Source: Candidatus Hinthialibacter antarcticus
GTDB taxonomy: Bacteria; Hinthialibacterota; Hinthialibacteria; Hinthialibacterales; Hinthialibacteraceae
Direction of reading: 5' to 3'
Length of the DNA: 64,000 nucleotides
Assembly: GCA_030765645.1 (NCBI GenBank)
Contig: JAVCCE010000052.1
Location: forward strand, 13,662 to 77,661
The notes under the pieces are model-generated. The model saw nothing but the letters and a program-made list of their open reading frames with translations. It did no database searches and had not been told where the DNA came from. The position numbers were made by a program, and so were the translations under genes. Shown one piece after another: positions 47,059 to 57,683 of the stretch (positions are counted from its first letter, which is position 1; each line of letters begins with the position of its first letter).

Positions 47059-49020
47059 TCATTCCTGCAATTTTAACATAGGGAATTCCGTAATACGCAA
47101 CCGCGTGCAGCCGTATGGAATCAACTGAATATCTTCTAACGGCTCATCTGAAACAATCGGGCTTTTGGGCGTCTCGCCTGCGGAGTTCATTTCCAGTTTC
47201 CATTCGGGAACCTTACGCGCTTTGGCATGAATTACGACAGGCGGATCTCCATGAGAGAAGGGCGTATCTTGAATCGGGTTCGCATTTATCACCAAGTTCT
47301 GTTCGACGTAATCTGGATCAATATTCAGCGCATAATTCCAATCCGTGGTTGGATGTACCGCCCAATCAATCACAGGCAATTCATCGTGATGGCGCGCGAT
47401 CTCTTCAAATTTCTCGCCGATTTTAAGTGAGAACAATACAGGGCCGCGAAATACAGATAGCGCATTGTTATAGCGTTGTTCTAATCGAAGCGGCATGTTA
47501 ATTATTATTTGAACCACATCGCCGTTTTCCCATGTTTGGTTCAACGAAATCATATTGCCTTCGGTTTCACGATTGGTTAATTTTGTTTCCCCATTTTTGG
47601 TCGTGATCGTCATTTCGGTTGACCATGCGGGGAAACGAAACGCCAAGGGAAATTCAACCGGCTTAGGCGTTTTGATGGTGAATTTCAGGCTGCCGTCGAA
47701 CGGGTAGTTGGTCTCCTCCACAATCGTTACTTCGACGCCGTCGGCGACTTTGGCGGTGACTTTCGAGGGGCCGTAGGCAATCGCCGCCAGCCCGCCGTCT
47801 GGAGTCGCCGCCCACAGGCTCGCGACAAACTTAGGCCAGCCCTGGTGCATGTTCGCCGTACAGCATCCAAAGTGCGGTTCAAGGCCATACAGGTTCGACG
47901 TATCGCTGTTGTCAGTCCAAGTGCGCTTGGCGATGGTGCACAACACCTGGTTGGCCTGTTGGTCGTATTGGTGCGCCCAGAAGTCAGGGGTGCAAGCGCC
48001 GGGCAGTGCGTTATACGCCAGCGTTTCCAGGCGGTCGGCGAACTTCACGTCGCCAGTGATGCGCACTAGGTTTTCCAAACTGAACATCGACTCGACGATG
48101 GCGCACAGTTCGGTGCCTTGGGTAGGCGACTTGCCCGCGATGTGCTCGTCGCCGCTGAAGCGTCCGCCCGCTTGTCCGTGATATTTGTCGAGCATTTCAA
48201 GCGCGGTGGATGACGCTTGCAAGTCGCTTGGGTCGCCTGACTGCAGCCAGCGCAAAGCCGGATACTTAATCGCCATGCCGTTATTGACGACGTGGGTCTG
48301 GTGGTAATTGGCGCGGATATCGGTGGTGTATCCAAAGAACGGAAAATTCTGGTAGTGTTTGATCCAGTTGAAACTGTTGTCGTGAATCGACTGCGCTGCT
48401 GTAAGCGCGTTGGCGTCGCCGCTGCGGTTGTAATACCAATAGGCGGCGACCATATTTTCGCGGGCGCGCACGCCGCGCCATTCTTTGTCGGGCCAGTCAG
48501 GCGGCGTTGCGGCGAGATAGCGAAAGTAGTTTTTCATCAACTCGATCACGCGCTCGTCTCCGGTCGCTTCGTGATATTGCATTAATACTTTCAGCGTCAC
48601 AGCCAGCGGCCAGCGGTCGTTATTTTTTGCGGGGCCAAACCAACCGTTTTCCTGCCCACTGGCGAGGATGGGCTCGATCCAGCCTTCGACTTTTTTTATG
48701 AGGCGTTCGTCTTTGAGGATGTACGCCAGCGGGACCAATCCGTCGAGATAGTAGGGGCCGCGTTCCCAGGCGTCGCCGTCTTTGCCGCGCCAGGCCGATT
48801 CAGACACCGTCGGCCAGAACTCATCGAGATGTCCGGTGAGGCCGTTGGCGACGATGTTCAACTGGTCGCGTAGCCAGCCCTCCGGCTCGACCGCTCCGAC
48901 GGGCAGCGCGATAAACTTCGACGGCTGCAACGGCGCCCGGTTAGCGGGATAATTCGCCTGCGCGTGAGCGCAGAGTGAGCCGATCATCAGTAGCGACGAC
49001 AATACCCATTGATATTTCAT
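47059..49020 (-). CDS. Secreted GH127-like beta-L-arabinofuranosidase
   Basis: WERGPYYLDG, HVVN, GTELC, GCCTAN, EETNYPF, LIPYGCT. Confidence 0.85.
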   Translation of the reverse strand: MKYQWVLSSLLMIGSLCAHAQANYPANRAPLQPSKFIALPVGAVEPEGWLRDQLNIVANGLTGHLDEFWPTVSESAWRGKDGDAWERGPYYLDGLVPLAYILKDERLIKKVEGWIEPILASGQENGWFGPAKNNDRWPLAVTLKVLMQYHEATGDERVIELMKNYFRYLAATPPDWPDKEWRGVRARENMVAAYWYYNRSGDANALTAAQSIHDNSFNWIKHYQNFPFFGYTTDIRANYHQTHVVNNGMAIKYPALRWLQSGDPSDLQASSTALEMLDKYHGQAGGRFSGDEHIAGKSPTQGTELCAIVESMFSLENLVRITGDVKFADRLETLAYNALPGACTPDFWAHQYDQQANQVLCTIAKRTWTDNSDTSNLYGLEPHFGCCTANMHQGWPKFVASLWAATPDGGLAAIAYGPSKVTAKVADGVEVTIVEETNYPFDGSLKFTIKTPKPVEFPLAFRFPAWSTEMTITTKNGETKLTNRETEGNMISLNQTWENGDVVQIIINMPLRLEQRYNNALSVFRGPVLFSLKIGEKFEEIARHHDELPVIDWAVHPTTDWNYALNIDPDYVEQNLVINANPIQDTPFSHGDPPVVIHAKARKVPEWKLEMNSAGETPKSPIVSDEPLEDIQLIPYGCTRLRITEFPMLKLQE

Positions 49021-49054
49021 GATGTTCTCCCCGTTGATGTATTGTGAGTTTTTT

Positions 49055-49239
49055 GAATCTATCTTAAAACAATGATAACGAAAAGGATGTGCGAGATATC
49101 ATAATATGACAACTCATTACTGGCCTGGGTGTAACTCTGGGAGCGCCTGTGCAAAAGGGCCTGAAAGCCCGCACTGAAGCGAGCAGAGTTGTACCCAGGC
49201 CTTTTGCAGCGAACGATCAATTATTTCGAGATGGCTTCT
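49055..49239. mobile_element. MITE-B shell carrying 80-bp hairpin copy E (49122-49201)
   Basis: GAATCTATCTTAAAA..TTTCGAGATGGCTTCT ends match the 19620 element in the opposite orientation. Confidence 0.62.
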
Positions 49240-49241
49240 CG

Positions 49242-50423
49242 TTATTTGTTTTCTCCATCCATCAGCCAGGCGAGGTTGAAGCGCGCCAGGGTCAGAAAAC
49301 GATACCCCTTGTTCGTCTCATTGTCACCGCGTTCATACAAGCAATAAACGGTTTGATCCGGCCCAACGATGATATCGCTATAAGCGGCGAGCCCAGGGTC
49401 TAGTATTTTCGCAATCGGCCAAGTTTCGCCCTCATCATAACTCATTTTGATGACAAGGTTCTGTCGCGCGTTGGGTTTTTGCGCAGGCGCGTCACCGTAT
49501 TGGTTGTCAGGATTCACAAACAGAATGCGGTTTTTATCCGTCGAATAGCGCGTCAGCCCCGCCATGCAGGTCGGTTCAAACAACGCGTCGTTATAGACGG
49601 GCGTTGTCCAATTGGTTGCGCCGTCGGGGCTGATCGAAACCAGGCGGCGGCGGTTGGGTGACTCGTTGCGCATGTTGACCATCACCCGCCCGTCAGCGAG
49701 TTGAAGCGCCAGCGTTTCGCTAGGATTTTTTGCGAGGTCGCTATTGTTGACGATGATGTCGCCCGCTAGCCAGGTCGCGCCGTGGTCGTCGCTGTAGATG
49801 GTGGTTACGCACGAGGGGCGGTGCCCATGCTCTCCTGTCGAAAGCCACACCGGAACGACCAGCCGTCCGTTCTTTAATTGAATGCCGTGGTTCGGCCCCG
49901 TCGCCAAGACATGCCAGTCGTATTCGGGGCGATAGGCGTCAAAGGTTGAGGTGATTTCAATCGGCGACGAAAAGGTCAGGCCGTCATCGTCGCTGCGCAT
50001 GTAGAAGCAGCGACCGTATTCTATACAATACAAAAAATGCACCGCGCCGCTCTGGTCGGCGATTGCGAGAGGATTGTTAATCGTCAAATTGTCTTCAATG
50101 GTCATGCCCTCTTTCGCCGCGACAGGGTTCAGCTGCGCGTCGGCGGGCGGCTCAACAATCTTCTTCATCGGCGACCATGTTATGCCGCCGTCAGTGCTGC
50201 GCCTCATCATCACGTCGATGCGTCCCCAGTCGCTGCCGGATTTCCGCGCTTCGCAATAGGCCAGCAGCGTTCCCTTGCTGGTAACGACCATTCCCGGGAT
50301 GCGAAAAATTTCGTACCCGCCCTCGCCCGCAATAAACAAGTCGCGGGAATTGAAAAATGCGTCTTGCGCAAATGATGGCAATAAACATGACAATACGAAG
50401 ACACTTAAAATCAAAATCCTCAT
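49242..50423 (-). CDS. Sialidase (GH33)
   Basis: FRIP motif and five Asp-boxes (STDGGITW, SDDDGLTF, SDDHGATW, SPDGATNW, SYDEGETW). Confidence 0.9.
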   Translation of the reverse strand: MRILILSVFVLSCLLPSFAQDAFFNSRDLFIAGEGGYEIFRIPGMVVTSKGTLLAYCEARKSGSDWGRIDVMMRRSTDGGITWSPMKKIVEPPADAQLNPVAAKEGMTIEDNLTINNPLAIADQSGAVHFLYCIEYGRCFYMRSDDDGLTFSSPIEITSTFDAYRPEYDWHVLATGPNHGIQLKNGRLVVPVWLSTGEHGHRPSCVTTIYSDDHGATWLAGDIIVNNSDLAKNPSETLALQLADGRVMVNMRNESPNRRRLVSISPDGATNWTTPVYNDALFEPTCMAGLTRYSTDKNRILFVNPDNQYGDAPAQKPNARQNLVIKMSYDEGETWPIAKILDPGLAAYSDIIVGPDQTVYCLYERGDNETNKGYRFLTLARFNLAWLMDGENK

Positions 50424-50438
50424 CGAATTCTCCAATTC

Positions 50439-51233
50439 CTATTGTTGTCTTTCTTTCAACCGCAGCGTCATCTCTCTAAATGTCGGGACCCAGATGGCGC
50501 TGTCGCTGGCGAGATACTTGCACACGCCTTCAAATTTTTGCGGCGTGATCGGGTTCCAGCCTTCGTCATTCATGCCGTGCAGACCGATCACCAGCCAGTG
50601 ACCATTGGCCTTGGCTTCATCAATCTTGGCGATGATCTCCTCCAGCGGCATATTGGATAGCGGCCACCAACTATTGACGGCTTGCAAGTCGATGGGGCCG
50701 ATTTTATTGAACGGCTTGCCGCCGATGCGCGCAGAAAGGTAATGCCCTGAAATCATTTGTTTCACTTCCGGCGAGGACTGGTTGTAGGGATACGCAAAAG
50801 TGATTGGCTCTTGCAAGCCGAGTTCGTCGATGAGTTGCTGTTTCGATTCAGTGATTTCCATCAGCGCATCTTTTGCGTCGATGGTGGGCAGCGCCGGGTG
50901 CGTGCAAGAATGGCTGCCGATTTCGTGTCCGCGTTCGAGGATGGATTTCCACTGCTGCCATGTCCCGTGGCTGGCGCCTTCGTTGTATCCGTCGCCGATC
51001 TCGTCCGTCTTCATCGGCGCCACCCAATGGGTTACCAGATAAAAGCTCGCCTTGAGTTGATAGCGGTCGAGAATATCCGCCATCTGTTCTGACGAACCCC
51101 AAAACCCATCGTCGATAGAAAACGTCACCGCGCATTGTTTCCCTTCAGGAAACGGGGCGCCGGATTCCGACCCACTTACGCGAAATGAAAAAAGCAGAGT
51201 GAAAATAATGATGCTAGAGAATATAATTTTCAT
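50439..51233 (-). CDS. Secreted polysaccharide deacetylase (CE4)
   Basis: TFSIDDG, HEIGSHSCTHP, FAYPY. Confidence 0.88.
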   Translation of the reverse strand: MKIIFSSIIIFTLLFSFRVSGSESGAPFPEGKQCAVTFSIDDGFWGSSEQMADILDRYQLKASFYLVTHWVAPMKTDEIGDGYNEGASHGTWQQWKSILERGHEIGSHSCTHPALPTIDAKDALMEITESKQQLIDELGLQEPITFAYPYNQSSPEVKQMISGHYLSARIGGKPFNKIGPIDLQAVNSWWPLSNMPLEEIIAKIDEAKANGHWLVIGLHGMNDEGWNPITPQKFEGVCKYLASDSAIWVPTFREMTLRLKERQQ

Positions 51234-51573
51234 AATGGGAGCCTTCCAGTTCGTATGATGGAATCATGCCACAGACTGGAAGTTGCAATCAAGTCAACAG
51301 CGGCAACATCAAAAGCGTGGGCCTCTCTGTGAAGGGCTGGGAATGCGGCGATGAAGTTTGGTCATAGCATCCTCACTGCGATGAATCTCAGCAATCTATC
51401 CGAAAAACTATTACTAGAGAGGCGACTTGAATGGCCTCTCTAGCTTGTGACATATTGATTTATTGAATGTGTTAGTGGAAACTAAAGCAGATTCTCAAGA
51501 GCAAAAATTTATGAATAGATACTCTCATCATAGGCAATCCAAAACAAAACGAATCGCAATGGAGGTTATAAAC

Positions 51574-52524
51574 ATGAAGCAAACTCACGATAAATTGAAT
51601 CGGCGTACTATGTTGATGACGAGCGCGGCGGCAATGGTCGCGACGGGCGGCGCAGCAAAGACAGCCCGGGCGCAAGGACCGCAAATCGTAACGCCGCCGA
51701 TGGAGAACCGCATACTCTTATCCTGCAAACTGGGCATGATTCCCAAAGATGCAGACGGTAAAACGCTATCTATTGCTGACCGTTTAACAATGGCGGGGGA
51801 TGCGGGATTCGACGGCGTTGATTTTGACCAGGCGGCGGAATTCACCCCGCAACAAGCGAGAGACGCAGTGCAGGAATCCGGCGTGTTTGTTCACAACGCC
51901 ATCAACCACGCGCACTGGTCGCAGCGGTTAACCAGCCCCAAAGAAGAAGAACGCAACCAGGGCCGCGCCAACATTGAGCACTGCATCCGCGTATCTCATG
52001 CGGCGGGCGGCAGCGGCGTATTGATCGTCGTGGGGCGTGGAGCAGACGGCTCCGTCGATGAAGTCGAACAACGCGCGTACGAAGAGATCAAAAAATTGCT
52101 CCCGCTGTCTGCGGCGTTGGGGCAAATGATTCTTGTTGAAAATGTTTGGAACCAGATGATGTATGAGCATGACGCGCCCGCCGATCAAGGCGCTGAGCGC
52201 TTCATTGATTTCATCGACCGTTTCAAAAGCCCCTGGGTCGGCATGTACTACGATATAGGCAACCACTGGAAATACGGACAGCCTGGCGAGTGGGTGCGCG
52301 CTTTCGGCCACCGCTGCGTCAAATTGGATATTAAAGGGTTCAGCCGGGTCAAAAACGAATTCGTCGAAATTACCAGCCCTGACGACGATGTGCCGTGGGA
52401 CCAAGTCCGCATAGCGCTTGATGATATTGGATTCACCGGGTGGGCGACCGCTGAAGTTGGCGGCGGCGGTTTAGAAAGACTAACGACTGTCCGCAAGCAA
52501 ATGCAAACCGCGTTGGGCCTATAG
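51574..52524 (+). CDS. Tat-exported sugar phosphate isomerase/epimerase (xylose-isomerase-like TIM barrel)
   Basis: GGAGG RBS, NRRT Tat-like signal, VENVWN, YYDIGN, DIK, TAEV. Confidence 0.85.
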   Translation: MKQTHDKLNRRTMLMTSAAAMVATGGAAKTARAQGPQIVTPPMENRILLSCKLGMIPKDADGKTLSIADRLTMAGDAGFDGVDFDQAAEFTPQQARDAVQESGVFVHNAINHAHWSQRLTSPKEEERNQGRANIEHCIRVSHAAGGSGVLIVVGRGADGSVDEVEQRAYEEIKKLLPLSAALGQMILVENVWNQMMYEHDAPADQGAERFIDFIDRFKSPWVGMYYDIGNHWKYGQPGEWVRAFGHRCVKLDIKGFSRVKNEFVEITSPDDDVPWDQVRIALDDIGFTGWATAEVGGGGLERLTTVRKQMQTALGL

Positions 52525-52637
52525 CGATTCGATTCAGAGAGGCGGCTCAGGTCGCCTCTCTTGTTTTATCTTACAAATACGGCCTTCCCGCCATGACGCC
52601 AGAAGGGCGCGGGAACGTCTCTGTGATAATGTACAAA

Positions 52638-52673
52638 GCATGAAAGAGCGTACTCAAACACGCTCTTTCATGC
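52638..52673. terminator. Perfect 14-bp hairpin between convergent genes
   Basis: GCATGAAAGAGCGT-ACTCAAAC-ACGCTCTTTCATGC. Confidence 0.45.
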
Positions 52674-52684
52674 ATACTTATTTG

Positions 52685-52900
52685 AGGTTCATCCGGTAAG
52701 TGAGTACCTACATTGATGGATGGCCATAATATTTATTCAGAAACAGGCTCCGGCATTTCACAAATTGAAAAACCAAATATAGGCATGGGTGCGACTCTGG
52801 GAGCGCCTGTGCATAAGGGCCTGAAAGCCCGCACTGAAGCGAGCAGAGTTGTACCCATGCCGCATGCGATGAAATCTCAATCCAATTTATGGAAGAACCT
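52685..52900. mobile_element. MITE-A (216 bp) carrying 80-bp hairpin copy B (52782-52861)
   Basis: Left AGGTTCATCCGGTA, right ATGGAAGAACCT. Arms align with 57665-57929. Confidence 0.72.
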
Positions 52901-52942
52901 ATTTTTAATAATCCTTTCATTCAATCACCGACGCCCTTCGTT

Positions 52943-52976
52943 AAAAAAAATCCCCGCTGGCCGAAGCAAGCGGGGA
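52943..52976 (-). terminator. Intrinsic terminator after acnA
   Basis: A8-TCCCCGCT..AGCGGGGA. Confidence 0.75.
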
Positions 52977-53004
52977 CCTGTTGATTCATGCAGATCGCGT
53001 TGCC

Positions 53005-55674
53005 CTACGACGCCAGGTTGCGTAAGACATAGTGCAAGATGCCGCTGTTTTGGTAATAGACAATCTCGTCGAGCGTGTCGATGCGGCAAAGCAATTTGAC
53101 TTCTTCTTTGGAACCGTCTGCGCGGGTAATCGTGCAGGCGATGTCCATGCGCGGTTTAAGGCCGCTGGCGATTCCCGCGATGTCGAAGGTTTCGCTGCCG
53201 TCGAGTTTGAGCGTATTGCGGTCTTGTCCGTCTTTGAATTGCAGCGGCATGACGCCCATCCCGATCAGGTTGGAACGGTGGATGCGCTCGAAACTCTCGG
53301 CGATGACGGCGCGGACGCCCAACAACCGCGTACCCTTCGCCGCCCAGTCGCGCGACGATCCCGTGCCGTATTCTTTGCCCGCCACGACGACTAGCGGCGT
53401 GTCGGTTTCCATATATTTCATAGCGGCGTCGTAGATGCTCATCTCTTCGCCGCCGGGGATGTACTTGGTGTAGCCGCCCGCGACTTCCACCATTTCGTTG
53501 CGCAAACGGATGTTGGCGAATGTGCCGCGCATCATCACTTCATGGTTGCCTCGGCGCGAGCCGTACGAGTTAAATTCCGCCGGAGTGATATTACGCTCCT
53601 GCAAGTACGCGCCCGTCGGGCCGTCGGTTTTGATCGCGCCTGCTGGCGAGATGTGGTCCGTCGTGACGCTGTCAGCCAATAGCGCCAACACGCGCGCGCC
53701 CTGGATATCGGTAACCGCTTCCGGTGTCTTGGGCATATTAACAAAGTAAGGCGGCAGTTTGACGTAGGTGCTGTCGGCTTGCCATTCGTAGGTTTGTCCG
53801 CCCGAGACTTCGATATTTTGCCAGGCTTCATCACCTTCAAATATCGCGCCGTATTGCGTAGCGAACTGCTCCTTCTTAACCGACTTCAATACCGTTTCCT
53901 GAATTTCTTTGGTCGTTGGCCAGATGTCTTTGAGATAGACCGGCTGTCCGTCGGCGCCTTCGCCCAATGGTTCCGTGGTGAGATTCACGCGCATCGAACC
54001 CGCCAGCGCATACGCCACCACCAACGGCGGCGAAGCGAGGTAATTGGCTTTGGTATGTGGATTAACGCGGCCTTCAAAATTGCGGTTGCCGGAGAGCACC
54101 GCCGCGACGGTGAGGTCGCCGTCAACGATGGCCTTTGCAATCGGTTCTGGCAGCGGGCCGGAGTTGCCGATACACGTGGTGCAGCCATAGCCGACCAGGT
54201 TAAAGCCCATCGAGTCGAGGTCGTCTTGCAGGCCGGATTCATTCAAATAATCAGTAACAACTTTGGAACCCGGCGCCAGCGAGGTCTTGACCCAGGGCTT
54301 TACCTTGAGGCCCTTCTGCGCCGCGTTGCGCGCCACCAAGCCCGCCGCGATCATAACGGACGGGTTGGAGGTGTTGGTGCAGCTGGTGATCGCGGCGATA
54401 ACAACATCGCCGTCGGTGAGTTTATAGTCAGACGCTTCAACCGCGACGCTCTTCGGCGCGGCAGGGTCTCCGCCGAAGCCTTTCAACGCTTCGTTATAAT
54501 TGGCGTCGGCGTCGGAGAGATACACTTTGTCTTGCGGACGCTTGGGGCCTGCCATCGAAGGTTTCACTTCGCCCATGTCGAGTTCGAGCGTGTCTGTGAA
54601 TTCCGGCTCGTTGTTTGAGTCGCGCCACATGCCCTGCGCCTTGGCGTAGGCTTCGACAAGCGCAATGCGCTCCGGGTCGCGACTGGTGAGTTCGAGATAG
54701 GTAATCGTTTCTTTATCAATTGGGAAGAAGCCGCAAGTCGCGCCGTATTCCGGTGACATGTTGGCGAGGGTGGCGCGGTCAGCCAGCGGTAGGTTATCAA
54801 GACCGGGGCCGAAGTATTCGACAAACTTGCCGACAACGCCCTTCGCCCGCAGCATCTGGGTGACGGTCAAGACGAGGTCTGTTGCGGTGGCGCCCTCGGG
54901 CATGGTTCCCTTCAGGCGGAAGCCAACCACTTCAGGGATCAACATCGAAACCGGCTGGCCTAACATCGCGGCTTCGGCTTCGATGCCGCCTACGCCCCAA
55001 CCAAGAACTGCGAGGCCGTTAATCATGGTGGTGTGGCTGTCGGTTCCAACCAACGTGTCAGGATAAGCGATTGGGTTGCCGTCGGTATCCGCCGTCCAAA
55101 CTACCTGCGCCAGGTTTTCTAAATTGACCTGGTGGCAGATGCCCGCGCCGGGCGGCACCACGCGAAAATTATTAAACGCAGTTTGTCCCCAACGTAGGAA
55201 CTCATAACGCTCAATGTTACGTTTGTATTCCATCTCGACGTTATGTTGAAACGCGCCTGCCGTGGCGAACTGGTCAACCATAACCGAGTGGTCAATGACC
55301 AAATCAACCGGCGTGAGCGGATTGATCTTTTGTGGATCGCCGCCGAGGTCTTTCATGGCGTCGCGCATGGCGGCGAGGTCAACCACGGCGGGAACGCCGG
55401 TGAAGTCCTGCATCAAAACGCGCGCAGGGCGATAGGCGATTTCGTGCGATGATTTTTTTTCTTTCAACCAATCGGCGACGGCCTGGGCGTCAGCGGCGGT
55501 GACGGTGCGGTCGTCTTCAAAGCGCAGCATGTTTTCCAGCAAGACCTTGAGCGTATACGGCAGGCGCGAAATATCGCCAAGTCCGTTCTGGCTCGCGGCG
55601 GGCAGGCTGAAATAATCGTACGATGTTCCGTTTACATCCAGCGTCTTTTTACATTTGAAATGGTCGAGACTCAT
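53005..55674 (-). CDS. acnA: Aconitate hydratase A
   Basis: [38 protein letters not shown]. Confidence 0.98.
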   Translation of the reverse strand: MSLDHFKCKKTLDVNGTSYDYFSLPAASQNGLGDISRLPYTLKVLLENMLRFEDDRTVTAADAQAVADWLKEKKSSHEIAYRPARVLMQDFTGVPAVVDLAAMRDAMKDLGGDPQKINPLTPVDLVIDHSVMVDQFATAGAFQHNVEMEYKRNIERYEFLRWGQTAFNNFRVVPPGAGICHQVNLENLAQVVWTADTDGNPIAYPDTLVGTDSHTTMINGLAVLGWGVGGIEAEAAMLGQPVSMLIPEVVGFRLKGTMPEGATATDLVLTVTQMLRAKGVVGKFVEYFGPGLDNLPLADRATLANMSPEYGATCGFFPIDKETITYLELTSRDPERIALVEAYAKAQGMWRDSNNEPEFTDTLELDMGEVKPSMAGPKRPQDKVYLSDADANYNEALKGFGGDPAAPKSVAVEASDYKLTDGDVVIAAITSCTNTSNPSVMIAAGLVARNAAQKGLKVKPWVKTSLAPGSKVVTDYLNESGLQDDLDSMGFNLVGYGCTTCIGNSGPLPEPIAKAIVDGDLTVAAVLSGNRNFEGRVNPHTKANYLASPPLVVAYALAGSMRVNLTTEPLGEGADGQPVYLKDIWPTTKEIQETVLKSVKKEQFATQYGAIFEGDEAWQNIEVSGGQTYEWQADSTYVKLPPYFVNMPKTPEAVTDIQGARVLALLADSVTTDHISPAGAIKTDGPTGAYLQERNITPAEFNSYGSRRGNHEVMMRGTFANIRLRNEMVEVAGGYTKYIPGGEEMSIYDAAMKYMETDTPLVVVAGKEYGTGSSRDWAAKGTRLLGVRAVIAESFERIHRSNLIGMGVMPLQFKDGQDRNTLKLDGSETFDIAGIASGLKPRMDIACTITRADGSKEEVKLLCRIDTLDEIVYYQNSGILHYVLRNLAS

Positions 55675-55854
55675 TATCAATCTCACTTTGTGATTAGATT
55701 TATCGGACAAGTATTATAGTCGAACCATAGTCTGCTCCGTAGCGGGAGGAAAAATGGCAAGCGAGAACAAACGCTTTGAATCCATCGACTGCTAGAAGCG
55801 GCTTTTTTGCGGGCCTAGTCTTTAGCATCTGGAGAAATTCATTTACAGTTTGTC

Positions 55855-56048
55855 TAGAAGCCATCTCATAAAACAGGATTTCAGCAGATCGTAAATTGAC
55901 AAACCAAATCCGGCATGGGTGCAACTCTGGGAGCGCCTGTGCAACAGGGCCTGAAAGCCCGTACTGAAGCGAGCAGAACCGTACCCATGCCGCCCGCACC
56001 GAAATCTCAATTCAATTTATAATAAAGCACCCCGTTTTCGGAAGAACC
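55855..56048. mobile_element. Chimeric element: MITE-B left end, 80-bp hairpin copy C (55912-55991) and MITE-A right end
   Basis: TAGAAGCCATCTCATAAAA at 55855. CGGAAGAACC at 56039-56048. Confidence 0.62.
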
Positions 56049-56222
56049 AGAATACACCCAATACTGAACTATTTTGGAGCCGCGTCGGCTGGCGTTGTTT
56101 TTCGCTGCGCTTACCCGCCTCAAGGCTTTTCATCTTTGAGAATAACAATTTTCAGAGTGAACATTTTAAGTTAAACTGTATTTTGGCGGGTGCAAACTTG
56201 AATCACGCCTTGGAGCAAAACA

Positions 56223-56513
56223 ATGGGCATTGACGAAATCATTGGCGACAAACGCGATGAGATATTAAAGATTGCGGAAAAGCACGGCGCGTTAAACGTA
56301 CGCGTCTTCGGCTCGGTCGCGCGCGGCGAAGCCACCGAAGACAGCGATATTGACTTTTTGGTGGACCTTGAGAAAGATCGAAACCTACTCGACCTCGGCG
56401 GCTTATTGATGGACTTGCGAGATTTGATGCCGATGAGCGTTGATGTGTTTACTCCGAACTCACTCAAAGCCTATATTCGAGAAGAAGCGCTGCGAGACGC
56501 GAAACCATTATGA
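56223..56513 (+). CDS. mntA: MNT (minimal nucleotidyltransferase) antitoxin
   Basis: VFGSVARGE..DSDIDFLV. Confidence 0.9.
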   Translation: MGIDEIIGDKRDEILKIAEKHGALNVRVFGSVARGEATEDSDIDFLVDLEKDRNLLDLGGLLMDLRDLMPMSVDVFTPNSLKAYIREEALRDAKPL

Positions 56514-56839
56514 GAAGACCCAAACAACGGCTTCAAGATATTCTTGATGCGATTGAAAAAATAGAACGCTATGTGCTACAAGGAAAAGAACGCTTTGTTG
56601 AAGATGAACTCGTGCAGAATTGGTTCGTCACTCAAATCTTAATCATAGGCGAAGCGGCAAAACACTTGCCTGAAAGCGTTTATCACGAAAATCCTGATGT
56701 TGAGTGGAATAAAATCATTGGCATGAGAAACATTCTTGTGCATGGATATTTCACCATTGACTTGGATACTGTCTGGGGAGTCGTCACGGATTACATGCCT
56801 GAATTGAAAAAGAATATACTGAGGATTTTGGATGAGTAG
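56510..56839 (+). CDS. hepT: HEPN (DUF86) RNase toxin
   Basis: IIGEA, RNILVH (R-x4-H), ATGA overlap with the MNT gene. Confidence 0.9.
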   Translation: MRRPKQRLQDILDAIEKIERYVLQGKERFVEDELVQNWFVTQILIIGEAAKHLPESVYHENPDVEWNKIIGMRNILVHGYFTIDLDTVWGVVTDYMPELKKNILRILDE

Positions 56840-56921
56840 AATAAGCAGTTATGAGCGAATCAAGTTTAATTAGCGACGCCTTGTGAGGATTATAAAATTC
56901 TTTCAGGAGGGATATTAAATT

Positions 56922-57683
56922 ATGAATACCTATATCGCTTTTTATAACACTGAAAAAGAGCGCGAAAATTTTAACGCCAACCCATTCAATGAAGTGGAAA
57001 TATATGTGAAAAATGCGGAAATAAAACAAGGTGATTTAGTTTATTTGTATTTATACGGCAAGTTAAAGGATGGCATTGTAGCAAAAGGAATCGCATTGAC
57101 GGATTCATGTGGAGAAACAAATAAAAAATATATACCTTTTAGAATAGAACAATCCATTGATGAAAAAAGTGCTTTAAGGTGTAGTCAGTTACCAATTGAT
57201 CGAACCAAATTATATATAAAACGAAAAGAAGGAGAACGAAAAAAAGACTCTGCATTCAATATTAATAATGTGGCAGAGGAATTGAATCAAATTTGGGGGA
57301 ATTGGCTTGACGGTTTGGATGTTAAATCGCCTGAAGAAATAAGCAATAGACAAAATGTATATGAAGGCGCAAAGAAGAAAGTCTATGTCAATGCTTATGA
57401 AAGAAATAAAAAAGCGAGAGAAATGTGCCTTGCACACCATGGATGTAAATGCTCGGTTTGTGACATCTTATTAGAAGATAAATATGGTGAAATAGCAAAG
57501 GATTTCATTCATGTTCATCACCTTGTTCCTCTATCAAGCGTCAACGAAACTTACAAAGTAGATCCTATCAAAGATTTAATACCAGTTTGCCCCAATTGCC
57601 ATTCAATATTACATAAACGTGATAGGCCATATTCAGTAGATGAATTGAAAGAAATATTAAATTTTGGTTCATCCGGTAAGTGA
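56922..57683 (+). CDS. HNH endonuclease (McrA-like C-terminus, possible PUA/EVE-like N-terminus)
   Basis: VNAYERN..R..C..HHG..CSVC, VHHLVP, VCPNCHSILH. Strongly AT-rich. Confidence 0.85.
   Translation: MNTYIAFYNTEKERENFNANPFNEVEIYVKNAEIKQGDLVYLYLYGKLKDGIVAKGIALTDSCGETNKKYIPFRIEQSIDEKSALRCSQLPIDRTKLYIKRKEGERKKDSAFNINNVAEELNQIWGNWLDGLDVKSPEEISNRQNVYEGAKKKVYVNAYERNKKAREMCLAHHGCKCSVCDILLEDKYGEIAKDFIHVHHLVPLSSVNETYKVDPIKDLIPVCPNCHSILHKRDRPYSVDELKEILNFGSSGK

Noticed and set aside
56171-56467. Antisense ORF over the MNT gene
   Set aside because: Such antisense frames are common over MNT-family genes, and there is no independent support.
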